Of a stretch of DNA of 64,000 nt, positions 55,978-64,000 are shown piece by piece. How positions within the stretch are numbered: position 1 is the stretch's first letter; every line of letters starts with the position of its first letter. The stretch covers positions 288,001-352,000 of the forward strand of contig JBNKOC010000016.1 of NCBI GenBank assembly GCA_050294405.1, read 5' to 3'. The stretch is from Fibrobacteria bacterium (GTDB lineage Bacteria; Fibrobacterota; Fibrobacteria; UBA11236; JADFYW01). Both the position numbers and the translations under genes were made by a program. The notes below the pieces were generated by a model that saw nothing but the letters and a program-made list of their open reading frames with translations, did no database searches and was not told the origin of the DNA.

Positions 55978-57627
55978 ATGGCAACTAATGTAGACGAATT
56001 TATTGGGAAGAAATTTGGGACTTGTATTATCCACAGGCCTTTAAAAGCAGGTGGTCAAGGTTACTCTTTTTTAGCCTTCGATGCTGAAATTCAAAAAGAA
56101 CGTGTTGTAAAAATTTCCAAAATCAAATCTAGCTTTGATAGCGAGGATGATTGGGAAATAGAAAGTTTCAAGAGAGAGGGTATTATCCTTTCTCGCTTAA
56201 GGCATCCCCAGGTAGTAGACATGATTGAGCAGGGAGAGGCCTATGGCTATCGCTACATGATTATCGATTTTATTAACGGCTATGATTTCAATAAAATTTT
56301 AAAAATGTACCGGGCCAAACAAGAAGAGCTAAATTGCCCTTGGTCCAAAATTTTAAATCCACTCACAGCTTTGTCAATTGTAGCCTCTGCCCTGGAGCCG
56401 CTTGCCTATGTGCACCAGGTTAAAATAAAACTTCCGGGAGAAGGTTTAGTGGAGGGGCTGGCGCACCGGGATATTTCTCCAGGGAACTTAATGCTTGGAA
56501 TTGATCACGAGTATGAGGGCGTAGTGCATATGATCGATTTTGGTATTGCCCGAACCAATTTCAAACAAAGTATGACCCTCAACACCCAAATTATTGGGAC
56601 TATAAAATACATGAGCCCCATGCGGCTCTTAAAAAAAGAAGAACAAACTAAAAACAACATTTTTTGGAAATCCTTTAAGCAAACCCAGCATGACGTGCAT
56701 TCCATGGGCTGCTTTTTGTACGAATTGCTCACTGGCTATTCGCACATCAATAACAAGGACTACCGCCAAAACCTAATGGCCATTTGCGATGAGGCAACCT
56801 ATAAAAAATTGTACAAGGATATTAAGGTGTTTCATCCTTTAATCCAGTTGGTAATCAAAAAATCCATAATTTTTCCAAATCTGGAAAAAAACAAGTTTCC
56901 CAACCAGTATCAAAATGCCGGGGAAATGCTGGAAGAAGTAAAAAGAGTTTTTGAAATTTTGTCTGGGGGCGCTGAAACCTCTGAAGTTCTAAAAGAACTA
57001 GCTGCAAATGTGGAAAACCCTCAGCAAATTGTGCGAATTTTAAATGAGAATACTTCCAAAATTTTAAAAGCGGTAAACCGAACTCCGGATAATATTGGCC
57101 TCAGGGATGTAAAAAAAATAAGACGCTTAAGTTTTGTGGGGGCTTTGGTCGGTTTGCTGGCTGTAGGCGGTTTGGCCAAATTCTTAATGCAGGATAAGAA
57201 CCTGTCACAAAATCAGACAGTGGGCCAAATTTCAGGGGAATCCAACGAAAAAAAGGAAGTTTTGCCGGTTGGGGGTTTAAAAAATGCTGCTCCTAATAAA
57301 CCAGCTAGTAAAAAACCTTTGGTTAAAAAAGTTCCCAAAGCTTTAAAGGCAACACCGGTTTTAACAGAAGAACAGCAATCTTATGAGAAAGCTTTGACCT
57401 TGATTCAATCGGGAGATGCGACAGCTGCATATAAGTTAATAAACCAAGTCCTTCAAAACAGTCAAGACCCGGCTTTTTACTTGTTAAAAGCAGAACTTAT
57501 TAAACGCCGGAATCCAGGTAGCCCGCAGCTCACTGCCCTGATGCTAAAAGCACAAAATCGAAGCAGCAAATTTATGACAGCAGACCAATTATCCAAACGC
57601 TGGATGAATATTGCGAGAAACAATTAG
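55978..57627 (+). CDS. Hanks-type Ser/Thr protein kinase with TM helix and TPR-like C-terminal domain
   Basis: GGQG, VVK, REG, HRDISPGN, IDFG, GTIKYMSP; TM LSFVGALVGLLAVGG. Confidence 0.9.
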   Translation: MATNVDEFIGKKFGTCIIHRPLKAGGQGYSFLAFDAEIQKERVVKISKIKSSFDSEDDWEIESFKREGIILSRLRHPQVVDMIEQGEAYGYRYMIIDFINGYDFNKILKMYRAKQEELNCPWSKILNPLTALSIVASALEPLAYVHQVKIKLPGEGLVEGLAHRDISPGNLMLGIDHEYEGVVHMIDFGIARTNFKQSMTLNTQIIGTIKYMSPMRLLKKEEQTKNNIFWKSFKQTQHDVHSMGCFLYELLTGYSHINNKDYRQNLMAICDEATYKKLYKDIKVFHPLIQLVIKKSIIFPNLEKNKFPNQYQNAGEMLEEVKRVFEILSGGAETSEVLKELAANVENPQQIVRILNENTSKILKAVNRTPDNIGLRDVKKIRRLSFVGALVGLLAVGGLAKFLMQDKNLSQNQTVGQISGESNEKKEVLPVGGLKNAAPNKPASKKPLVKKVPKALKATPVLTEEQQSYEKALTLIQSGDATAAYKLINQVLQNSQDPAFYLLKAELIKRRNPGSPQLTALMLKAQNRSSKFMTADQLSKRWMNIARNN

Positions 57628-57635
57628 AAGTCCAT

Positions 57636-58490
57636 TTAAGGATCTATGCTTTCCAGTTGGTCGTTTAAATCATTGGGTTGATCGTAAAACTCATCGGCGC
57701 TAAGGCTGGAATTGTCCCCGCTTTTTTCGGAAGGATCTTCGGAGAGGTCCAACACCAGGTAAACTGCGGCAGCGCTGGTAGCTCCTATCAGACCTATATA
57801 GGGCCAAGGAGATTTCCAAAAACTTTTTTCTTGCTGCTTTTTTTTAGCCGTTTTTTCTTGGGTGGATTCGGGAATGGATTTTGGAGCTGGTGTTTCCTTT
57901 AGTGCTTGGTTGTCCAGGTAAGCGGCCAAATTAAACTCGGCAAGATACTTGTTGGAATTTAGATCAAGAGGTTCTCCCAAAAAGTTTATGATGTTATTAG
58001 CGTTGTAAAAGTAGCTGTTGGAAATTTGAATGTCACGGGAAAACCCATGTATAGGAACAGGAGCGCCATACACCATGGCGTTGTTTAAGGTTAGCTGGCC
58101 TTCTTTTTCCACTAATATGCCTCCCCAATTTTCTTTTAAATGTGAGGGACTAAAAAGAACAGTGTCCAAGGAATTACTGATATATGATTTTTTGTTGTTA
58201 TCTCCCTCAATTATCAAGGTTCCTTTAACAATTAAAACATTGTGGGGCTGAGGATCTGCAAAGGCAAGGTAGGTGTTGGGCGCCAGCTGTACCGTGATAC
58301 CTTTGTTGATAATCATGGTGTCGCATTCCATTAAATAAAACTCTGGTTTTGTTGGGTTGCCAGTTCCAATTTTCCCATTTAAAAATTGGAAAAAATCGGG
58401 ATCGCTAAGGCAGTTGCTGGTGCTGGCCCAGGAAAAGCTAGCTAACATCAAGCAAAACCCAACTACAATTTTGTTAACCATGGCAATCAT
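57636..58490 (-). CDS. Exported protein with short beta-helix module and C-terminal hydrophobic anchor
   Basis: Signal peptide; IINKGITVQLAP...LIVKGTLIIEG...WGGI; KSFWKSPWPY followed by a TM segment. Confidence 0.6.
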   Translation of the reverse strand: MIAMVNKIVVGFCLMLASFSWASTSNCLSDPDFFQFLNGKIGTGNPTKPEFYLMECDTMIINKGITVQLAPNTYLAFADPQPHNVLIVKGTLIIEGDNNKKSYISNSLDTVLFSPSHLKENWGGILVEKEGQLTLNNAMVYGAPVPIHGFSRDIQISNSYFYNANNIINFLGEPLDLNSNKYLAEFNLAAYLDNQALKETPAPKSIPESTQEKTAKKKQQEKSFWKSPWPYIGLIGATSAAAVYLVLDLSEDPSEKSGDNSSLSADEFYDQPNDLNDQLESIDP

Positions 58491-60718
58491 TTGTTCACCA
58501 AAAGTTTTTGAAAAGGTTGGGGAACGAAAATCCCGGAGCGAAGGGTGTAAAAGTAATTGCCCCTGGGTAGAGAGGCAGCATCATAAAAATACAGCTGCTT
58601 GGGAGCGGAGATTATAAAATGTTTTTGGTCCACTTTTTGCCCCCTTGTGTTATAAACCAATAGCTCAAAGCCCACTGATGTTAGTATGTTTTCAGGGAAA
58701 TTGGTGTACAGTTTATAAACATTGGGGGCTTCCGAAGGCGAAATGTTAAAATGGAGGTTGTCGAAAGTGAGTGTTGCTCCCAAGCCGGCAGAGTTGTTAA
58801 TTAATAGGAATTCATGGGTTCCCGCAAGAAGGTTTAAGTCTTTATATAAGACATTTTTACCAGACTGGGCTTCAATGAGTTGGTAATTTTCACTGAGACC
58901 CAGGTTACTAATGACAAAATGCGAATGGATATTTTTTTTGGTCTTTAATATTAATTTGACCGGTTTATTGTCTAAGGCATTGTGCTGCAACCATTTTTTA
59001 TCTTTTTTTACGATATACATATGCTCCTCCATTTGTGGAAGAGAGATATATGGAATATTTTCCTTGCTATCAATATAAACCTTATAACCTGAATATTGTT
59101 CCATCAATTGAATTCGACTCGTTTTCTCTGAATAGGATAGTTTGGCCGTTTGCTCGCTTCCGGAAAATTTAACCTTGGTTATGTTATTGTTTCCATTGTA
59201 ATACAAATATCCTGTGAACGGTTTTAAACTGTCTCCTTCGTTTAAGCCTATTAGACTTGGGGCCCCGTCCCGATAAACCAGTTGCAATGTTTTGTTGGCA
59301 AGGTTTTTTGGAATGTTTTGGATTTTGGATGATTTAATAGAAATGATGTTCCAGCCAAAAACAACATCCACCGAGTCTTCTTCCTCGTACCACCAGTCAT
59401 CCTTAAAGCTTAGGCTATTTTCCCAGGAGCCCCACAAAAATCCTTGCCCGGGCTTTATTAGGTTGTCTATTTCTTCATGAAAAACAAATTTATTGTTTTC
59501 TAATTTCCAGTAAGACTTTTCAGACTTGTTATCTGGGTGCCAGGTTTCGGTGGCAATGGGCCGGGGAAAGCCAATTAAATGCCATTTTTTAGAAGCTTTG
59601 TTTCTCCATTCGAATTCCGTACTTTGAGGTGCTAGTGTTTGTACCGAAGTTTCGGAGCTATTCCCAAATTTATCTTTGGCTCTAATCACAAATTCAAACT
59701 TTTGTCCTGTAAGTTTTAAGCTGCTTTTCAGGGAGTAACTGCTGTCCGCACTCTGAAATTCCAGGGCTTCTTCTCTCAGTGAATCACTTTGCGGATAAAA
59801 TACCACCGTAGCAGAATCCACTGGGTTGGAATCCCGGATTTTCAAGTCTATTAGGGAAAAATTTCCGTTGGAGATGTTTACATTTATATTTTTGTCAAAA
59901 TCTAAGACGGGTCCGCTAATATCTTTTTTATAACTGTAATCCATAGTTGTGTCGTTGGTAGCTTTGTCCATAAACCTAACTTCTAAATGAAAACTGTCCA
60001 CCTGAGGAAGGGTTAGACTAGTTGATAATGTGGAATCGCCAAACAAAATAACTTCGGATAGTTCGGTAGGTTTATCATCCATATAATATGTTATTACCGT
60101 TTTTACTTCTTCCAGTTCGGAAGGATCAATTAATTTTATGGGAAGTATTTGGACGCTTAAATTGTTAGAATCCAGGTTAGTTTGTAATCGAATCCAATCC
60201 GAAGGCAATTCAAATTCGGGCGGACGGCTATCCAAATGGGCCACCAGATTATCCTCAATGAAATTGCCATATTCATCCCGTTCATTTATAACTATGCTGT
60301 TTTCGCCTTGATTTTCTAATTGCCAGGGGATAATAAATTCCTCATTGGAAATGTCACCCAAGCTGTCTTCAAATAAAATGGAATAGCTTAAATTAAAATC
60401 TTCCTTATTTGTAAAATAAACATCATCCACCGGAAAGTTCCGGGTAAAGGTTAGCATTTTTCTAAAATCCACAGAAAGCTTGAGAACATCATCTGTGCCG
60501 CTAACAATTTCAATGAGGTTGTTTCCGGGTTTGAGGGTAATGCTGGTGTCTAAAGTATTATTCCCGTCTATATAAGAGATTTTTAGTGGGGATACATTTG
60601 TTTTTAACATTCCCTCCTCAAAATCTGGTTCTATAATTTCTACCACGGCAGCCTTGGACAGGCTAACCATCAAACATAAAGAAAAAAGGATAGGTATTTT
60701 TAAATTCTTAACACTCAT
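58487..60718 (-). CDS. Secreted Ig-like repeat protein with T9SS-like C-terminal domain
   Basis: Signal peptide; D..GN...D..PP Ig-like junctions; GWNIIS; VYNTRGQKV...LPRGNYF...KLLVNK. Confidence 0.65.
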   Translation of the reverse strand: MSVKNLKIPILFSLCLMVSLSKAAVVEIIEPDFEEGMLKTNVSPLKISYIDGNNTLDTSITLKPGNNLIEIVSGTDDVLKLSVDFRKMLTFTRNFPVDDVYFTNKEDFNLSYSILFEDSLGDISNEEFIIPWQLENQGENSIVINERDEYGNFIEDNLVAHLDSRPPEFELPSDWIRLQTNLDSNNLSVQILPIKLIDPSELEEVKTVITYYMDDKPTELSEVILFGDSTLSTSLTLPQVDSFHLEVRFMDKATNDTTMDYSYKKDISGPVLDFDKNINVNISNGNFSLIDLKIRDSNPVDSATVVFYPQSDSLREEALEFQSADSSYSLKSSLKLTGQKFEFVIRAKDKFGNSSETSVQTLAPQSTEFEWRNKASKKWHLIGFPRPIATETWHPDNKSEKSYWKLENNKFVFHEEIDNLIKPGQGFLWGSWENSLSFKDDWWYEEEDSVDVVFGWNIISIKSSKIQNIPKNLANKTLQLVYRDGAPSLIGLNEGDSLKPFTGYLYYNGNNNITKVKFSGSEQTAKLSYSEKTSRIQLMEQYSGYKVYIDSKENIPYISLPQMEEHMYIVKKDKKWLQHNALDNKPVKLILKTKKNIHSHFVISNLGLSENYQLIEAQSGKNVLYKDLNLLAGTHEFLLINNSAGLGATLTFDNLHFNISPSEAPNVYKLYTNFPENILTSVGFELLVYNTRGQKVDQKHFIISAPKQLYFYDAASLPRGNYFYTLRSGIFVPQPFQKLLVNK

Positions 60719-60838
60719 CGTTTTAATGGCAGTTACAAATTCCTAATGTTTCCTTCAAGTTTGCCTAGAACTTGAATTTAGGCTTCTTGATTCCCCCACA
60801 CAGACCTCGCTTAAAGTTGGATTTTTGTGAAATCCCCA

Positions 60839-62233
60839 TTAATTATTTGAGGGAATAAAAAAGCAAACTATTTTAACCGGATTTAAAGCAACAGCACTAT
60901 TGTAAACCAAAGTTAAAATATCGTTGTCCACACCGCTACTTTCTGAATAAGTGACTTCCCAGCGCTCGTTGCTACTGCTATTATTTCCTAGAACACCAAG
61001 TGGAATGTATTTATCACCTTGCTTTAATGTTCCTGTCATAAAAAGTATTCCGGCAGGATTGGGGCAAGGCAACAAACTAGAGCTACCGTCGAGTTCGATA
61101 TTAGTAATATTTTGCCCTGAAAGGCTTGCAGAAGGTATAGTAAACTCCCACACCATCATTTTCATGTTAAAAGTGCCTAGGTTGGGATCACTCATAGAAA
61201 AGATATTGGTGGAGATAGAATTTGGAGTTAAGTCTTCGTTATCATGTGTATGCGCTGTATTATTAATTTTGCTGTAATCTATGGAAACAATATGGCTGTC
61301 TAAAATACTTGCGGACTTGATTTTTGTGGAGCTCACAACATTGGTGGCTATGTTGTCCTCCCTAACAGCACCGGTGGCAATTTTTGAATTACTCACAGAA
61401 CCATTGGCAATTTTGGATACAGTAACAGCATTGTCTGCAATTTTTGAGCCGAAAACATTTCCATTTTTTATATGGGAAGAATCCACTGAACCTCCTGCTA
61501 ATTTGGCTGAGGTAACACTATTTGCCTGAATTTTGCCGGAAGAAATGGAGTTGTCCGCTATTTTATTCTCTGTAACAGCATTATCTGCTAATTTGGCTTC
61601 GCTTACAGCCCCATCCACAATGCTTAAATTGGGAAAGGTGCCGCTAATATCCCCTTGAGCTTCTCCGCTGTTTTCTACCCAAGTGGGGAGAGTTACCTCG
61701 CTTTCCTCTACAATTAGCATTAACATGGGGGCCCTGGCTCCTTCCCGGGAGTCGAAATTGGCAGAAAGGCTGCCGCCGCTCTCAAGAACAATTCCAATGT
61801 AATTGGTAAAACTTCCCGATTTCATCAATGTTGTTATATCAATGAGTTTAAAACTTCCTTCATCATCAGATACCAGTTTCTGACTGATTACTTCCGTTTC
61901 CGAAATATCCCCGGGGTTTAAGGTTAAATTGGTTTCGGGATCGGAAATAGGGTCCACTTCAAACAGCTTAATTTCCAGATCACCCCCGGCGCTAATTGAG
62001 GAAACATATAAACCCAAAAATGCCTGGGTATAATTATTGTTCGGAAGAAATTCTTTGGGAAAAATCATCCAGCTTTTTTGGTCGCTTTCTTCACCTACCT
62101 TTAAAAATTGAGATTTACCATTTTGGGTAAGAGAAGATTGGTACTTATCCTGAACAACAGGAATTACAGTTTGGAAAGCCGATGCCCCTACAAGGCAAAG
62201 GCCAAATGCGGAAAATAAAATTTTAAACAACAT
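60839..62233 (-). CDS. Secreted protein with DNRLRE-like N-terminal domain and fibre-like 10-aa repeats
   Basis: Signal peptide; DIT...GIVL...FDSREG..P.L; GDISGTFPN then 11 AVTxxKIA-type repeats. Confidence 0.65.
   Translation of the reverse strand: MLFKILFSAFGLCLVGASAFQTVIPVVQDKYQSSLTQNGKSQFLKVGEESDQKSWMIFPKEFLPNNNYTQAFLGLYVSSISAGGDLEIKLFEVDPISDPETNLTLNPGDISETEVISQKLVSDDEGSFKLIDITTLMKSGSFTNYIGIVLESGGSLSANFDSREGARAPMLMLIVEESEVTLPTWVENSGEAQGDISGTFPNLSIVDGAVSEAKLADNAVTENKIADNSISSGKIQANSVTSAKLAGGSVDSSHIKNGNVFGSKIADNAVTVSKIANGSVSNSKIATGAVREDNIATNVVSSTKIKSASILDSHIVSIDYSKINNTAHTHDNEDLTPNSISTNIFSMSDPNLGTFNMKMMVWEFTIPSASLSGQNITNIELDGSSSLLPCPNPAGILFMTGTLKQGDKYIPLGVLGNNSSSNERWEVTYSESSGVDNDILTLVYNSAVALNPVKIVCFFIPSNN
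61283..61612 (-). repeat. Eleven tandem 30-bp (10-aa) coding repeats
   Basis: GAVSEAKLAD, NAVTENKIAD, NSISSGKIQA ... ASILDSHIVS. Confidence 0.85.
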
Positions 62234-62242
62234 ACGCCATCC

Positions 62243-63301
62243 TTAAAAATGGGAAAACTTTACATTTAAAGATTTTTTTCCCTGTTTAATAACTGCAAAG
62301 TAGAGCCCGTGATTGAGCGGCTCAGCAAGGCGAAAACTGTAAGCTGTAGCCCCTTTTACCAAGCGGGTGAATTTAACTCTGCCTCTTACATCAAATACAT
62401 AAAAGTGGAGGGGTTCCTGGCTGGAAGTGATGATGTTAGCCAGTCCATTTGCAAATTTAAACTGAAGTACACCCGTCTCGGGGGGGGGGCGTACCGGGCT
62501 GCTATTGTCATATTCCTGGGTGCTAATATATTCCAAAATTTTGTCGGAATTAAAAAAATATGTTTTCACAATGCCTTCTTTGGGGGCACCTTCAAAAAAG
62601 CTGGAATCAATAAGCTGTCTTTCGCTTCCAAATTCCCAGGCATTGGTTATCCAAAGAATTTCTCCTTCAAAATATTGAAAGCGGGTGGACTTCACAAACA
62701 TGTCGATACCCTCCAGGACCTTTCGATGCTCAATTAGGGAAATTTTGTTTTCGCTATTGTATTTATAGAGTTTAAGCTGTTTTAATAATTCGCCGGAATC
62801 GGAAACTTCGTAATAAAATTCAGATAGCAGTTTTTCCTGCAAATAAGAAAACTTTTTGATGTGTTTGATGCTCGAGCCGGAATAGGTTTTTATTTGAGTT
62901 AGCTGAGTATCTCCCTTATAAAACAAACTGTCGTAATGGCTAAGCACAGAATCGTTTTTTAAATATTCAATTTTTTTAAGGAGTCCCTTGCTGTTGTAAA
63001 ATTTAAGCTGACGGTGGCTGGTTTCATTTCCATAAAAAATATTTTGCAGGGAATCCTGACCCTTTTTGTTATAAAAATATTCCACACCTGATACGGTGTC
63101 CGTGGAATCTGCAATAATTTTTAATTGGTAAACCTGACTTAGGTTTCCCTGGTTATCAAATACAAATTCATTTTTAAAGGGCGTTTTTCCGTTGTTATAC
63201 TGAGTACTTTCCGACAATAAAGGAAAATCCTGAGAAAAGCTCACAAGAAGGCAAAACCCTATTAACAAAATTGTTTTTAACCTGATTTTAGTTCTAATCA
63301 T
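62243..63301 (-). CDS. Secreted YD-like beta-hairpin repeat protein with T9SS-like tail
   Basis: Signal peptide; FDNQGN, YNKKG, YNSKG, YNSEN hairpins; VFDVRGR...GLYF...KFSHF. Confidence 0.6.
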   Translation of the reverse strand: MIRTKIRLKTILLIGFCLLVSFSQDFPLLSESTQYNNGKTPFKNEFVFDNQGNLSQVYQLKIIADSTDTVSGVEYFYNKKGQDSLQNIFYGNETSHRQLKFYNSKGLLKKIEYLKNDSVLSHYDSLFYKGDTQLTQIKTYSGSSIKHIKKFSYLQEKLLSEFYYEVSDSGELLKQLKLYKYNSENKISLIEHRKVLEGIDMFVKSTRFQYFEGEILWITNAWEFGSERQLIDSSFFEGAPKEGIVKTYFFNSDKILEYISTQEYDNSSPVRPPPETGVLQFKFANGLANIITSSQEPLHFYVFDVRGRVKFTRLVKGATAYSFRLAEPLNHGLYFAVIKQGKKSLNVKFSHF

Positions 63302-63353
63302 TTATTGGCAAATTATTTGGCTATAAAGGCAAAAAAGTAGAAACTTTTTGCTT

Positions 63354-63998
63354 TTAAGGGGAGGGAGGAATATTTGAACCGCTGGGAATGGAATATTTTA
63401 TGAGCTCAGCAGTAATAGAACCCACGGCAATTTTACTGGTCATTTTTACGGGCATGTGGCGGTAATCATCCGTTAGCCAAATAGTAAGTTTGCCCTTGGC
63501 TTTGAAAAGTCCAACTCCTGTTACCTTGGGCTCAACCACAATGGTTTTAAAGGTGCCCGCTTCCACGGAAATGGTTTCTTTTTTATGGCAAATAACCTTT
63601 AAGTCGTATTTTTTCTTTCCACTCACCGCAGCCATGGTAAATTCTTTTCCCACTTCCAATTTTTGAGTTCGGATAAAATAAAAGGCCGACAATATATCGT
63701 GTGTAAAAGGCTTAATGTCCACAACAGTATCCTGAAGCCAGGCTGTATTTTTTTCCTGATCAAACCAGGATTTTATATGGGCTTCATAACTTCCCTCATG
63801 CAAATTTTTTTCAAAATGAATAGGATAGATTCCATTTTTATCAATAATGGAAAAAATAGTGTCGTGTACAGGATAAAAGGTCTGGAAGAAATCGTTGCAC
63901 CAGGCTCTGGATTGAATTTTCCAGTGATTTTCTTTTTTTCCTTGTAGTAGTTCCAAGTTGGCTTGGCCAGCATTTATAAAGCCCCAGTTGATATCGAA
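63354..63998 (-). CDS. DUF3108 family protein, 5'-truncated by the window edge
   Basis: Frame open to the window end (FDINWGFINAGQA...); DILSAFY, VEAGTFKT, IWLTDD..HMPVK, VGSI. Confidence 0.85.
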   Translation of the reverse strand, partial: FDINWGFINAGQANLELLQGKKENHWKIQSRAWCNDFFQTFYPVHDTIFSIIDKNGIYPIHFEKNLHEGSYEAHIKSWFDQEKNTAWLQDTVVDIKPFTHDILSAFYFIRTQKLEVGKEFTMAAVSGKKKYDLKVICHKKETISVEAGTFKTIVVEPKVTGVGLFKAKGKLTIWLTDDYRHMPVKMTSKIAVGSITAELIKYSIPSGSNIPPSP

Positions 63999-64000
63999 CA

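Noticed and set aside
60720..60838. c-di-GMP-I riboswitch (ggcaaac...gaaa on the minus strand; ttcaagtt/aacttgaa hairpin)
   Set aside because: Lacks the GACGCAAAGC core and second stem; only a simple hairpin is supported
61283..61612. CRISPR-like 30-bp periodicity
   Set aside because: Degenerate in-frame coding repeats without spacers or cas genes

Overview
Gene-dense, AT-rich bacterial chromosome segment, most likely Fibrobacterota: it has a TIGR02147-family gene with its partner lipoprotein and about six proteins with T9SS-like C-terminal sorting domains. Housekeeping genes are tal, a double-length uvrA, gpsA, a plsB-like acyltransferase, a CBS/CorC protein, ybeY, mqnE, eda and tRNA-Ala(GGC). 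Two accessory loci stand out. (1) 15.5-27.4 kb is a phosphate/polyphosphate-themed cluster. An LTD lipoprotein, DUF4956, HlyD, TolC-like and VTC gene form one operon with no recognisable pump. Next to it are an exported dikinase with glucan-water-dikinase domain order, a 3xLTD protein, and a secreted metallophosphoesterase operon behind a Pho-box-like repeat. (2) 27.4-33.3 kb is a sigma54-type redox operon. It encodes a NirB-like flavoprotein fused to a His-bearing membrane domain, an 11-heme HAO-related cytochrome, a DUF3365 heme protein, cytochrome c5, and a triple-globin protein with a MinD-like membrane-targeting tail. Regulatory signals include a sigma54 promoter with paired palindromes before a sigma70 gene and a class II CRP-type promoter before a FecR-Ig protein. 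No CRISPR array, integrase, transposase or rRNA was seen. All family calls come from reading motifs by eye; no database searches were run.
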